Source: Crocinitomix sp.
GTDB taxonomy: Bacteria > Bacteroidota > Bacteroidia > Flavobacteriales_D > Crocinitomicaceae
DNA: 64,000 nucleotides
Assembly: GCA_013138735.1 (NCBI GenBank)
Contig: WTCE01000107.1
Coordinates: 1,771 to 65,770 of the forward strand
Reading direction: 5' to 3'
In this document: piece by piece, positions 1 to 8,925 of the stretch
How the letters are laid out: every line of letters begins with the position of its first letter
How positions within the stretch are numbered: the stretch's first letter is position 1
Program-made: the position numbers and the translations under genes
The notes under the pieces: generated by a model
Seen by the model: the letters and a program-made list of their open reading frames with translations, nothing else
What the model was told of the DNA's origin: nothing
Databases searched by the model: none

Positions 1-609
1 TCCTGCCGCATATTTCCAATCGTTTCCTTCTGGGTAAAGTAAATCTAAGGGATAAGGAATTAAATAATCTTTCAATAACATGGAACTATCAATCTGCCAA
101 TCTTTTCCATCTCCTGTAAACATTTGAAATTTCTCGTTATTCGTAATCGTTGGCATTATTACGTTTAACTTTTCGTTGTATTTAATACCTAAAGAACCCG
201 TTTCATTTATGGCATCTATATAAATCATTCCGTTAGACTTCAGTAAGTCTCCATTAGAGGTTGTACTTAGTTCTGAAGTGATCATATCAGTTAATGTAAA
301 GACTTCCACTAATTCGATCTCAACCGTACCTTGCACTTCCTGCCCATTTCTATCAATAAAACAATTGGCTGGAATAAATATTTCAGTACCATTTGTGCCA
401 GCAATGACATTACTTGTTTTCGTATCGATTTGGAAGTATTGTTTTTGCTGACCAATTTCCTGATAGGTTGAAGTGAGCGGTGTTTCAACAGTGACTTGTC
501 TGTCTGTAATATTCTCATCAGAAGTAAACTGCTCTTTATCTTTCTCACAACTAGAGAGAAAAATAAGACACAAACTAAAAAGGAAATAAGAAAGATAGGG
601 AGATTTCAT
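1..609 (-). CDS. Putative lipoprotein, partial (runs off window start); not in ORF track
   Basis: Manual translation from ATG at 609 gives MKSPYLSYFLFSLCLIFLSSCEKDKEQF..., with lipobox LSSC and no stop to position 1. Confidence 0.8.
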   Translation of the reverse strand, partial: MKSPYLSYFLFSLCLIFLSSCEKDKEQFTSDENITDRQVTVETPLTSTYQEIGQQKQYFQIDTKTSNVIAGTNGTEIFIPANCFIDRNGQEVQGTVEIELVEVFTLTDMITSELSTTSNGDLLKSNGMIYIDAINETGSLGIKYNEKLNVIMPTITNNEKFQMFTGDGKDWQIDSSMLLKDYLIPYPLDLLYPEGNDWKYAAG

Positions 610-678
610 TTTGGCTTTTTATAATTAACGTAGTAATTAGTATTAATTGCATACCGCTTCCATAAAATAGCAATATTA

Positions 679-722
679 AAAATAGAAAAGAGCGGTCTAC
701 CTTATGGGTAAAACCGCTCTTC
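679..722 (-). terminator. Intrinsic terminator after the ECF/anti-sigma/PorP operon
   Basis: Stem AAGAGCGGT (688-696) / ACCGCTCTT (713-721), followed by a T-rich tract on the minus strand. Confidence 0.65.
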
Positions 723-825
723 TCAAACAAAGAAATCAAATCAGGGAACCACCCCCTCTTATCCAATACCTCGCTGTTCAGATAATTTAAACCAAACAAT
801 GCTGAACAGAAAGTATTTTATCTTA

Positions 826-1815
826 CTAGAACGACGGGCAAGAAATCGTTCTAAATCTTTTTGGTTTGTCTTTACAAGACAAGTTAAATCCTAATGACAA
901 TTCATGCGACCCGCCCGAAGCATTTGTCAAAGGAGAAATTGTAATATCATAACTATAGCCGAACTTAAATGAACCGGCATCAATTCCTACTGAAAGGATA
1001 AATGCATCTCTTGGTCTCCACCAAGCTCCTGCTGTAAATGCTCCGTATTTAATATAGGTTCCAACGTTTAGTTGCATGAACCCATCTTGGTACGTATAAA
1101 TAACGTTAGGTGAGATTGAAGTTACATTAGAATACTGCGAACCTTTTCCAAATTCAATATTGGCTCCAACATGTCCTGTAAATCGCATTGGCAAATTACT
1201 TTCCCCATCAGGATTCAATATTAAACTCTCTTCTGGTGTATTTAAGTGCTTTGCAGCAAAACCAAAGTAAAAGTTCTCTGAATATCCTACAATTCCTGCA
1301 TTAATATCAAAAAATCCTTTTGTTCCCCAGTTTCCACCATCACCCCAAAAGTTACCACGAGGCAAATCTCCAGTTTGGTAAATAAATCCTCTTCTTGGAT
1401 CAATTTGATCGCCAAAGGTTAATTTACTCCAATCTAAAAACTTTTGATTCCATCCTGCTTGAGCACCAAATAAAAGGGTAAACTTTCTTGAAACTTGTAA
1501 GTGATAAGAATAAGCCAAATTGATTGTTGTCCAATTGAGCGTATTCTTGCCAGCCATATCGTTTGTTACAGAAAGTGCCACACCACCTTGAAGTACGTTT
1601 ACAAATTGGTCATACGAGACACTATTTGTTACAAATGCGCCAGATATATTGGCCCATTGATTCCGATAATTCATATTTACGCGTGGACAACCATGCGTCC
1701 CTGCCATTGCCGGATTCAAATAAATCGGATTGGCATAGAACTGTGTAAACTCAGGATCTTGTGAAAATCCGTTGAGCGACGCCAGAGCAATTAATAAAGT
1801 AAGTATTCTCTTCAT
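826..1815 (-). CDS. PorP/SprF family type IX secretion system outer-membrane protein
   Basis: Signal peptide then QDPEFTQFYANPIYLNPAMAG...YRNQW; C-terminal GYSYD...GGSHELSLGF motifs. Confidence 0.92.
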   Translation of the reverse strand: MKRILTLLIALASLNGFSQDPEFTQFYANPIYLNPAMAGTHGCPRVNMNYRNQWANISGAFVTNSVSYDQFVNVLQGGVALSVTNDMAGKNTLNWTTINLAYSYHLQVSRKFTLLFGAQAGWNQKFLDWSKLTFGDQIDPRRGFIYQTGDLPRGNFWGDGGNWGTKGFFDINAGIVGYSENFYFGFAAKHLNTPEESLILNPDGESNLPMRFTGHVGANIEFGKGSQYSNVTSISPNVIYTYQDGFMQLNVGTYIKYGAFTAGAWWRPRDAFILSVGIDAGSFKFGYSYDITISPLTNASGGSHELSLGFNLSCKDKPKRFRTISCPSF

Positions 1816-1824
1816 ATATTCTAT

Positions 1825-3540
1825 TTATTTGAAACGTGCATTTTTAGTTTTTCCATTAAAACGAATTCCCAAGTTATGTGAACCAATTTGCTCGTTATTG
1901 AGCAATGTTGTAGTTCTATCATACTGATAAATCATCTTAAAGTTTTTAAATTTCATACCTATTGCGGCAGTAAAGTCATTATTCGTTGAGTATGAACCTC
2001 CTATGGTGAAGTGATTTATTCTAAAATTCGCTCCAGCCCATGCTTCTTGTGATTCTCCAAAATGTCTTGCAGCAATAAATGGACTTATGGACATATTCTT
2101 ATTTGCTGATTCATAATCTGCTCCAATTACGCCACTGTAAAGAACGGATGTTCTAATTGGTTCATTACTTCCTTCTTCACGATAAACGCTTGCATAGTGA
2201 CGGCCAATATTGTCTGCACTTAAACCAGCATAAAACCATTTCGTATTTAGCACAAATCCTAAACCATAATCTTTATACCATAATTTATCGGTTTGTTCAT
2301 TGTCAGATGCAAAACTAGAGTTTAATAACATCCCTCTGTCCAATTCAAAACTCATTCCTTCTTCCAATTTGGAAGAATTTCCGGTTAGTACACCAAGTGA
2401 AACTTTAATCCCTGGTTCAAGTACCGCGTTTGGTCCTAAACTAATTTTAGGTGAATAAGTCATATCAACAGAATAATCTCCAAATGCTCCATTTCCATAT
2501 GTTGCAGAATTTACTGAAACTCCAAATCCACCTCTTACTTGATGAACGTAGTTATCAAAGCTAAATTGCGTTTTTTGTGCATTCATTTCAGATCCTAACC
2601 ATTGGTTTCTATAACTCAATTCAAATCTAGGCATTAGCATTCCACCTGCAAACCCAGGATTGGATGAAACCAATGAATTTTCTGGCAATAATAATTCAGG
2701 ATCTCTTAGATTAACTAAACCAACAGGATAACCGAACATGCGTTCAATTTTTCTGTAAATTCGTTTTGTTACATTGCCAAAAGAGTTCAAATTAACGTTA
2801 TTCTTTTTTCTCAAATCTATTTCGGAATGCCCTTCTGTTGGGTTATGCGCATATTTAGAGGAATGATTGTCCGACTTGTATTTTGCTTGTTCTTGCTTCA
2901 TGGCAGCATTTACAGTTACATAATAGTCAGCATCATTAAAATCATCCTCTTCAGCTGCATTCGAATTTGTTGCACCTAAATTATCAGTTGCTCCATTCAA
3001 ATCCTCTTCTCCATTTCCGTTACTCACGCCACTATAAGTTTCATTTGTTAAACTCGTTACAGCAATTTGATTTTGATATTGTGCGGCAGTCGTATAATTA
3101 GTTGTTTCGTTTGTGTTATTTCCGTTCTCGGAAACAATTGAATTATTATTTGAAGTAGCGTCGTTCGCTTTATTATTCTCAGAAAGGTAATTAGAAGAAG
3201 TTTCGTTGTAAGCTTTAGAAAACTGAGCGAATTGCGTATCAGCGGTATTATTACTAGTGGCATTGATGGCAAAATAACCACCTACACCTATTAATACAAC
3301 TAAAGCTGCAGCTGCGCTCCAACCGAACCAGCCGGCAAATTTTCTGTTACGTTCTAAACTACTTTGTTGTGGATAAACTACAGTATCAATGGGGATAATT
3401 GAATTTTGCCAAGCATCTGCGGCTGGTTCAAAACCAGGGTTTTGCAATAGAAATTGCTCGAACGCATTAACTTCAGTTGGCGAGAGGTTGCCCTCCATGT
3501 AGTCGAACATCCACCTGTCGAAATTTTCAGGAATATTCAT
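1825..3540 (-). CDS. Anti-sigma-like N-terminus + TM helix + low-complexity linker fused to a C-terminal PorP/SprF beta-barrel
   Basis: N-terminal DYMEGNLSPTEVNAFEQFL helix; TM WSAAAALVVLIGVGGYFAI; N/T/S/E-rich tract; then NPGFAGG...YRNQW...GSHNLGIRF; ATGA overlap with the ECF sigma gene. Confidence 0.85.
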   Translation of the reverse strand: MNIPENFDRWMFDYMEGNLSPTEVNAFEQFLLQNPGFEPAADAWQNSIIPIDTVVYPQQSSLERNRKFAGWFGWSAAAALVVLIGVGGYFAINATSNNTADTQFAQFSKAYNETSSNYLSENNKANDATSNNNSIVSENGNNTNETTNYTTAAQYQNQIAVTSLTNETYSGVSNGNGEEDLNGATDNLGATNSNAAEEDDFNDADYYVTVNAAMKQEQAKYKSDNHSSKYAHNPTEGHSEIDLRKKNNVNLNSFGNVTKRIYRKIERMFGYPVGLVNLRDPELLLPENSLVSSNPGFAGGMLMPRFELSYRNQWLGSEMNAQKTQFSFDNYVHQVRGGFGVSVNSATYGNGAFGDYSVDMTYSPKISLGPNAVLEPGIKVSLGVLTGNSSKLEEGMSFELDRGMLLNSSFASDNEQTDKLWYKDYGLGFVLNTKWFYAGLSADNIGRHYASVYREEGSNEPIRTSVLYSGVIGADYESANKNMSISPFIAARHFGESQEAWAGANFRINHFTIGGSYSTNNDFTAAIGMKFKNFKMIYQYDRTTTLLNNEQIGSHNLGIRFNGKTKNARFK

Positions 3541-4025
3541 ACGAGTATTGTTAGATCTTTTAACTGTTTTTTAATTTTATTTCGGGCTCTAAATAAATAG
3601 ACTTTTACTTGAGCTTCACTTAGCTCGAGTATTTCGCCTATTTCCTGATACGTATAACCTTCTAAATCGCGCAGAAGAATAATTGATTTTTGAAGTGGCG
3701 GAAGTTTAGCTAAACTTTTTTCTATAATTTCCTTCATTTCAAAATCCCGAGAGTGGCACACAGCAGTGTCAGATGATACCGTATTTGCTTGGTATGTAAT
3801 CCGACTATTTTTCTTGATGAGGTTTATTAATGCATTGTGTGCACAAGTAAACAACCAAGATTTTGCCTTCTCAGTAACAATTTTTTTTCTGTTTTTCCAT
3901 AATTTTTCAAAAACATCTTGAACAATATCGTTTGCGTCTTCGGTATTTTTTAAATACTTCAAAGAGTAGCCATACAACCTTCCGGAGTATTCTTTAACAG
4001 CGATATTGTATTCTTTTCTCGTCAA
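3537..4025 (-). CDS. ECF-type RNA polymerase sigma factor
   Basis: Region 2 (DANDIVQDVFEKLW...KSWLF) and region 4 (LRDLEGYTYQEIGEILELSEAQVKVYLFRAR); TTG start. Confidence 0.93.
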   Translation of the reverse strand: MTRKEYNIAVKEYSGRLYGYSLKYLKNTEDANDIVQDVFEKLWKNRKKIVTEKAKSWLFTCAHNALINLIKKNSRITYQANTVSSDTAVCHSRDFEMKEIIEKSLAKLPPLQKSIILLRDLEGYTYQEIGEILELSEAQVKVYLFRARNKIKKQLKDLTILV

Positions 4026-4071
4026 ATTAGGGCGTGGTTAAATCAGGTAAAGTTCCCTTTCAAACAGTTAA

Positions 4072-4098
4072 AACAATCTAAATACCCAAAAAGTTACA
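4072..4098 (-). promoter_or_regulatory. Candidate ECF autoregulatory promoter TGTAAC-N17-TGTT
   Basis: AAC-type -35 and GT-type -10 with a 17-nt spacer, about 50 nt upstream of the ECF start. Confidence 0.35.
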
Positions 4099-4255
4099 TG
4101 CACTTTAAAGTTTTTAGTGATTATTTTTTCTCCAAGTTACAAAATTATTACCACGTGTCCGATTAATAAAGGAATTTTAGTATCTTTCAAAACAAAGAAA
4201 AATTATTAATGTCTGCTTGGAAATAGACATTTAAATCATAAAGAACTCGAAATAG

Positions 4256-6016
4256 ATGGAAGTAAAACGATTATTTGATATTCCTTATTACCAATTAGAG
4301 CAATTTCCACAGGAAGATGCTTTTGTAGATAAAGTTAATGGTAAATGGGTTAAGACGTCCACAAAGACATATATAGAAAAGGCGAACGCTATTAGCAGAG
4401 GCCTTATAAATCAAGGGATTAAGCCCGGAGACAAGATTGCTTTAATCTCCAATAACCGATCGGAATGGAATATTTGCGATATTGGAATTCAGCAAATTGG
4501 CGCCATTGGCGTTCCTGTTTATCCTACCATTAGTGCAGATGTGTATGAATACATATTTAATGATGCAGGTGTAAAATTGTGCATTGTTTCGGATGATGAA
4601 TTGTATGGTAAGGTTTTATCGATTAAAGATAATGTATCCACTTTGACTGAAGTTTTCACCTTTAATGATGTACCCAATGCAAAATCTTGGACTGAATTAT
4701 TAGCTGAACCAGATGAAGCGTTGGATGCTGAAGTTGAAAAAAGAAAAGTTGCCATTGATTATGAAGATTTGGTGACTTTAATTTATACCTCAGGCACAAC
4801 AGGAAATCCTAAAGGAGTTATGTTGTCGCATAAAAACTTATTGAGTAATGTAAAAGATTGTCAACCACGCTTGCCTGTTGATTCAAATGCAAAATCTGTG
4901 AGTTTCTTGCCAGTGTGCCATGTATACGAACGTATGTTATTGTACTTGTATCAATACACGGGTGTATCAGTTTACTTTGCAGAATCAATGGAAACCATTG
5001 GTGATGATTTAAGAGATGTGCAACCTAATGTATTTACAGCGGTTCCACGTTTATTGGAAAAAGTCTACGATAAAATTATCGCAAAGGGCGAAGCTTTAAC
5101 TGGAATCAAACGGAAACTATTCTTTTGGGCAGTTGAGTTAGGTGAAGAATATGATGTAGTTGGAAAATCCGGTTGGTATAAATTTAAATTGGGTATTGCA
5201 CGTAAACTCATTTTTAGTAAATGGCAAGAGGCATTGGGTGGTAAGTGCGAAGCAGTGGCATCAGGAAGTGCGGCCTTACAACCGCGATTAGCTCGTATAT
5301 TTTTAGCGGCTGGCATACCTGTTATGGAAGGTTATGGATTAACAGAAACTTCTCCTGTAGTTAGTGTGAACTATGAAAAAGGAAATAATGTACGTATTGG
5401 AACTACGGGTCCCGTATTGGATAATGTAACTGTAAAAATTGCCGAAGATGGTGAGATTTTAGTAAAAGGACCAAACGTCATGTTGGGCTATTATAATATG
5501 CCTGAAAAAACTGCCGAAGAAATTGATTCAGACGGATGGTTCCACACAGGTGATATTGGAGAATTTGTTGAAGGCAAATTCTTGAAAATTACGGACCGTA
5601 AAAAAGAAATGTTTAAAACCTCTGGCGGTAAATATATTGCGCCACAGTTAATGGAAAACAAATTTAAGGAGTCGCGTTTTATTGAGCAAATAATGGTGAT
5701 TGGTGAAAACCAAAAAATGCCAGCAGCCTTAATTGTTCCGGCTTTTGAATTCATCCAAGAATGGATCAAATATAAAAAATTAGACATTGGACTTTCAAAT
5801 GAAGAGATTGCGAACGATCCAAAAGTCATTGCTCGAATTGCAGAAGAGGTTGATGAGTTTAATGTTGGTTTTGGTAAATGGGAACAATTGAAGCGCTTTG
5901 AATTAGTTGATGCACTTTGGACTCCTGAAACAGGTGAGTTAACGCCAACATTAAAACCGAAAAGGCGTGTGATTTTAGCAAAGCATAAGGATTTATATGA
6001 TAAGATTTATTGTTAA
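4256..6016 (+). CDS. Long-chain fatty acid-CoA ligase (AMP-dependent synthetase)
   Basis: YTSGTTGNPKG, GYGLTE, TGDIG and ELTPTLK motifs. Confidence 0.93.
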   Translation: MEVKRLFDIPYYQLEQFPQEDAFVDKVNGKWVKTSTKTYIEKANAISRGLINQGIKPGDKIALISNNRSEWNICDIGIQQIGAIGVPVYPTISADVYEYIFNDAGVKLCIVSDDELYGKVLSIKDNVSTLTEVFTFNDVPNAKSWTELLAEPDEALDAEVEKRKVAIDYEDLVTLIYTSGTTGNPKGVMLSHKNLLSNVKDCQPRLPVDSNAKSVSFLPVCHVYERMLLYLYQYTGVSVYFAESMETIGDDLRDVQPNVFTAVPRLLEKVYDKIIAKGEALTGIKRKLFFWAVELGEEYDVVGKSGWYKFKLGIARKLIFSKWQEALGGKCEAVASGSAALQPRLARIFLAAGIPVMEGYGLTETSPVVSVNYEKGNNVRIGTTGPVLDNVTVKIAEDGEILVKGPNVMLGYYNMPEKTAEEIDSDGWFHTGDIGEFVEGKFLKITDRKKEMFKTSGGKYIAPQLMENKFKESRFIEQIMVIGENQKMPAALIVPAFEFIQEWIKYKKLDIGLSNEEIANDPKVIARIAEEVDEFNVGFGKWEQLKRFELVDALWTPETGELTPTLKPKRRVILAKHKDLYDKIYC

Positions 6017-6061
6017 CAAAATTTTATGAGCTAAACACTCGAAGACCGTATTTTCAAATTT

Positions 6062-6100
6062 AAAAAAGGGATGCTAACAATGTTAAGCATCCCTTTTTTT
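6062..6100. terminator. Bidirectional intrinsic terminator
   Basis: A6-GGGATGCT...AGCATCCC-T7 between convergent genes. Confidence 0.85.
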
Positions 6101-6122
6101 ATAATAATGAAATCTGAGTGTT

Positions 6123-6458
6123 CTACCAAGATGCCCGCTTAGTTTCCAAAGCAGCCATATATAAGGCAATCGCATTGCCAAAATTCGAAATCACCTTACT
6201 TACTTGTCCTTGTCTAATATATGAGACGTTATTGATTCTATCTTTAACGAAAAACATTTTTCCATATGTAGATCCTGTTTCTAGGTTTTCATATTTGTCG
6301 ATATAATCAAAAACATACTTATACGTGTCGGTATCGTTATATGGCGCTTCGCTCAATTGCGTTTCTCTAATAAATTTATGCTTTCCTTTAAAGTTGTTTT
6401 CCACACCCCTTTTCAAGTATTTATCATAGCTTTTACGCACCCTTATCACACAAAGCAA
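6123..6458 (-). CDS. Hypothetical protein; 5' end uncertain, possibly eroded
   Basis: ORF track; the frame stays open upstream to about 6655 without a canonical start codon. Confidence 0.5.
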   Translation of the reverse strand: MLCVIRVRKSYDKYLKRGVENNFKGKHKFIRETQLSEAPYNDTDTYKYVFDYIDKYENLETGSTYGKMFFVKDRINNVSYIRQGQVSKVISNFGNAIALYMAALETKRASW

Positions 6459-6649
6459 TACAAATTCTTCTTTGCCAAAATCCGGAGGAATGGCTTTATT
6501 TTCTTCGGTATAAACTTTCCCATTATCTTCTACACATGGTAGTTCATTCGACTTTTCTGAAAAAGCAAAAATGGTGAATACTCCTTTGAGTAATACTAAA
6601 CTAAGACTTGTCGTTTGATATTTAGAATGTGGGAATTGGGAATTGAAAA

Positions 6650-7513
6650 CTAATAATCAAACTCAGCCTTCAGACTCAAATCTAAACTCTTATAAGAATG
6701 CGTTAAGGCGCCTGATGAAATAAAATCAACTCCAGTTTCTGCGTAAGCTAAAATCGTGTCTTCGTTAATTCCTCCAGAAGCTTCGGTTTCATATTTATCG
6801 CGATCAATTATAGCGAGGGCTTCACGAATTTGATCTGGCGTGAAATTGTCTAACATGATGCGATCTACTTGACCAACTGCCAAGACTTGTTTCACCTCAT
6901 CTAAATTACGAGTTTCAATTTCTATTTTGAGTGACTTGCCTTTTGCTTTCAAATAAGCATTGGTACGTTCAATGGCTTGGGAAATTCCTCCTGCATAATC
7001 AACATGATTGTCTTTAATCATAATCATGTCATAGAGTGCAAAGCGGTGATTATTTCCACCACCAATCGTTACTGCCCATTTCTCCATAATTCGGATGCCG
7101 GGAGTCGTTTTGCGAGTATCTAATAATTTCGTTGGAAGGTGCGCTATGATTTTAGCCAATTCATGTGTTTTGGTCGCAATTCCACTCATGCGTTGCATAA
7201 AGTTTAGCACCAATCGTTCTGAACTTAAAATAGAGCGTGAAGAACCCGTTACGTAAAAGGCAATCTCCCCTTTTTCAACATAGGTTCCATCCTCAATTAA
7301 AACTTCAATTTCCAAATTTGGATCAACTCTATGAAAAATGGTTTTTGCCAGTTCAACTCCAGCTAAAATTCCATTGTCTTTAACCAATAAACGGGCTTTT
7401 CCTTGTGCATTTTCTGGAACAGTAGAAAGTGACGTATGATCGCCGTCTCCTAAATCTTCGCGCAATGCATTGTCAACAATTTCGAGAATCGCATCCTGTT
7501 TCAAATAATCCAT
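6650..7513 (-). CDS. nadC: Nicotinate-nucleotide diphosphorylase (carboxylating)
   Basis: EDLGDGDHTS, DTRKTTPG, NHRFALYDMIMIKDNH, EIE, IMLDN and EASGG motifs. Confidence 0.97.
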   Translation of the reverse strand: MDYLKQDAILEIVDNALREDLGDGDHTSLSTVPENAQGKARLLVKDNGILAGVELAKTIFHRVDPNLEIEVLIEDGTYVEKGEIAFYVTGSSRSILSSERLVLNFMQRMSGIATKTHELAKIIAHLPTKLLDTRKTTPGIRIMEKWAVTIGGGNNHRFALYDMIMIKDNHVDYAGGISQAIERTNAYLKAKGKSLKIEIETRNLDEVKQVLAVGQVDRIMLDNFTPDQIREALAIIDRDKYETEASGGINEDTILAYAETGVDFISSGALTHSYKSLDLSLKAEFDY

Positions 7514-7517
7514 AGGC

Positions 7518-8687
7518 TTATTTTCCGCTCACAAATGTTTTCACATCAGTTGAAGTAATTTCGGATCCGCACAAAATAATCAAACGCTCAACAATATTTC
7601 TTAATTCACGAATATTACCTGTCCAGTTTACTTCTTGCAAAGCTTTTAAAGCATCACTAGAGAATGTTTTTAGTGCCATACCGTGTTCTTGGCATAATTT
7701 CTCAATAAAATAGTTGGCTAAAATTGGAATATCATCTTTTCTATCATTCAACGAAGGCACATCTATAATGATAACACTTAAACGGTGAAATAAATCTTCA
7801 CGGAATTGTCCGTTTTCAATCATTTTACGCAAATCTTTATTGGTTGCAGCAACCACTCTTGGATTTACTTTAATATCTTTCTCACCACCAACTCGTGTAA
7901 TTCTACCTTCTTGCAATGCCCGTAAAACTTTCGCTTGAGCAGATGCGCTCATGTCTCCAATTTCATCCAAAAACAGTGTGCCGCTAGTAGCCAATTCAAA
8001 TTTTCCTTTTTTCTGCTTAATGGCAGATGTAAAGGCGCCTTTTTCATGCCCAAAAAGTTCAGACTCTATTAATTCAGATGGAATAGCCGCACAGTTAACT
8101 TCGATAAATGATTCCTTAGCTCTTGCACTATTTTCATGCAATTGTCTTGCTACTAATTCTTTTCCGGCTCCGTTTGGCCCAGTAATTAAGACCCGTGCAT
8201 CAGATGGCGCAACCTTCTCAATCATTTCACGGATTTTTTCCAATGGTTCGGAATTTCCAATGATATTGTAATTTTTAGAATGTTTACGGATTTGTTTCTT
8301 CAAGACTTTTGTCTCTTCTACCAGGTCCGTTTTTTCTAATGCATTTTTAATCGTCACTAAAATCCGATTCAAATCCAATGGTTTTTCGATAAAATCGTAA
8401 GCTCCATTTTTGATTGAATCAACAGCCGTTTCAATATTTCCATGACCAGAAATCATGATAATTGGAGTTTCTAAACCGTCATTTTTCAATTTAGTTAGTA
8501 CTTCAATACCATCCATTTGAGGCATTTTAATATCGCAAAATATTACGTCATAATTATTCGCCTTTGCCTCATTAACACCAGCAATTCCGTCCTCAACGGC
8601 CTCAACTGTGTAATTTTCAAACTCTAGAATTTCTTTTAACGTTCTTCTGATGCTTCTTTCATCATCAATAATTAATATTTTCGGCAT
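7518..8687 (-). CDS. Sigma-54-type response regulator (receiver + AAA+), no C-terminal HTH
   Basis: IIDDE...DIKMP receiver; GPNGAGKE Walker A; ESELFGHEKGAFTSA; LFLDEIG; GNIRELRN. Confidence 0.92.
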   Translation of the reverse strand: MPKILIIDDERSIRRTLKEILEFENYTVEAVEDGIAGVNEAKANNYDVIFCDIKMPQMDGIEVLTKLKNDGLETPIIMISGHGNIETAVDSIKNGAYDFIEKPLDLNRILVTIKNALEKTDLVEETKVLKKQIRKHSKNYNIIGNSEPLEKIREMIEKVAPSDARVLITGPNGAGKELVARQLHENSARAKESFIEVNCAAIPSELIESELFGHEKGAFTSAIKQKKGKFELATSGTLFLDEIGDMSASAQAKVLRALQEGRITRVGGEKDIKVNPRVVAATNKDLRKMIENGQFREDLFHRLSVIIIDVPSLNDRKDDIPILANYFIEKLCQEHGMALKTFSSDALKALQEVNWTGNIRELRNIVERLIILCGSEITSTDVKTFVSGK

Positions 8688-8925
8688 AATCTCTCTTATA
8701 TTTTCGCTACTGGTTAACGACTGGTAAAGATATTAATTTTTAATTGAATTTGCTCATGAAAACGACTCCATGTTAGAAGTAATCGACCAATGACAAGCAA
8801 AAATAATATTAAAGCAAATTAATCTAAATCTGATTAAAAGATTTATTTTCGTTAGGCTCTTTGAATAAAATGCTTTTTCGCATTAAAATTCGAATTTTAA
8901 AATCCATGAGCAAGGCTAAATTATT

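Noticed and set aside
309-548. 79-aa ORF from the track
   Set aside because: Alternative frame inside the real lipoprotein gene 1-609
575-799. 74-aa ORF from the track
   Set aside because: Spans a terminator hairpin and overlaps the lipoprotein start; more likely a 3' UTR
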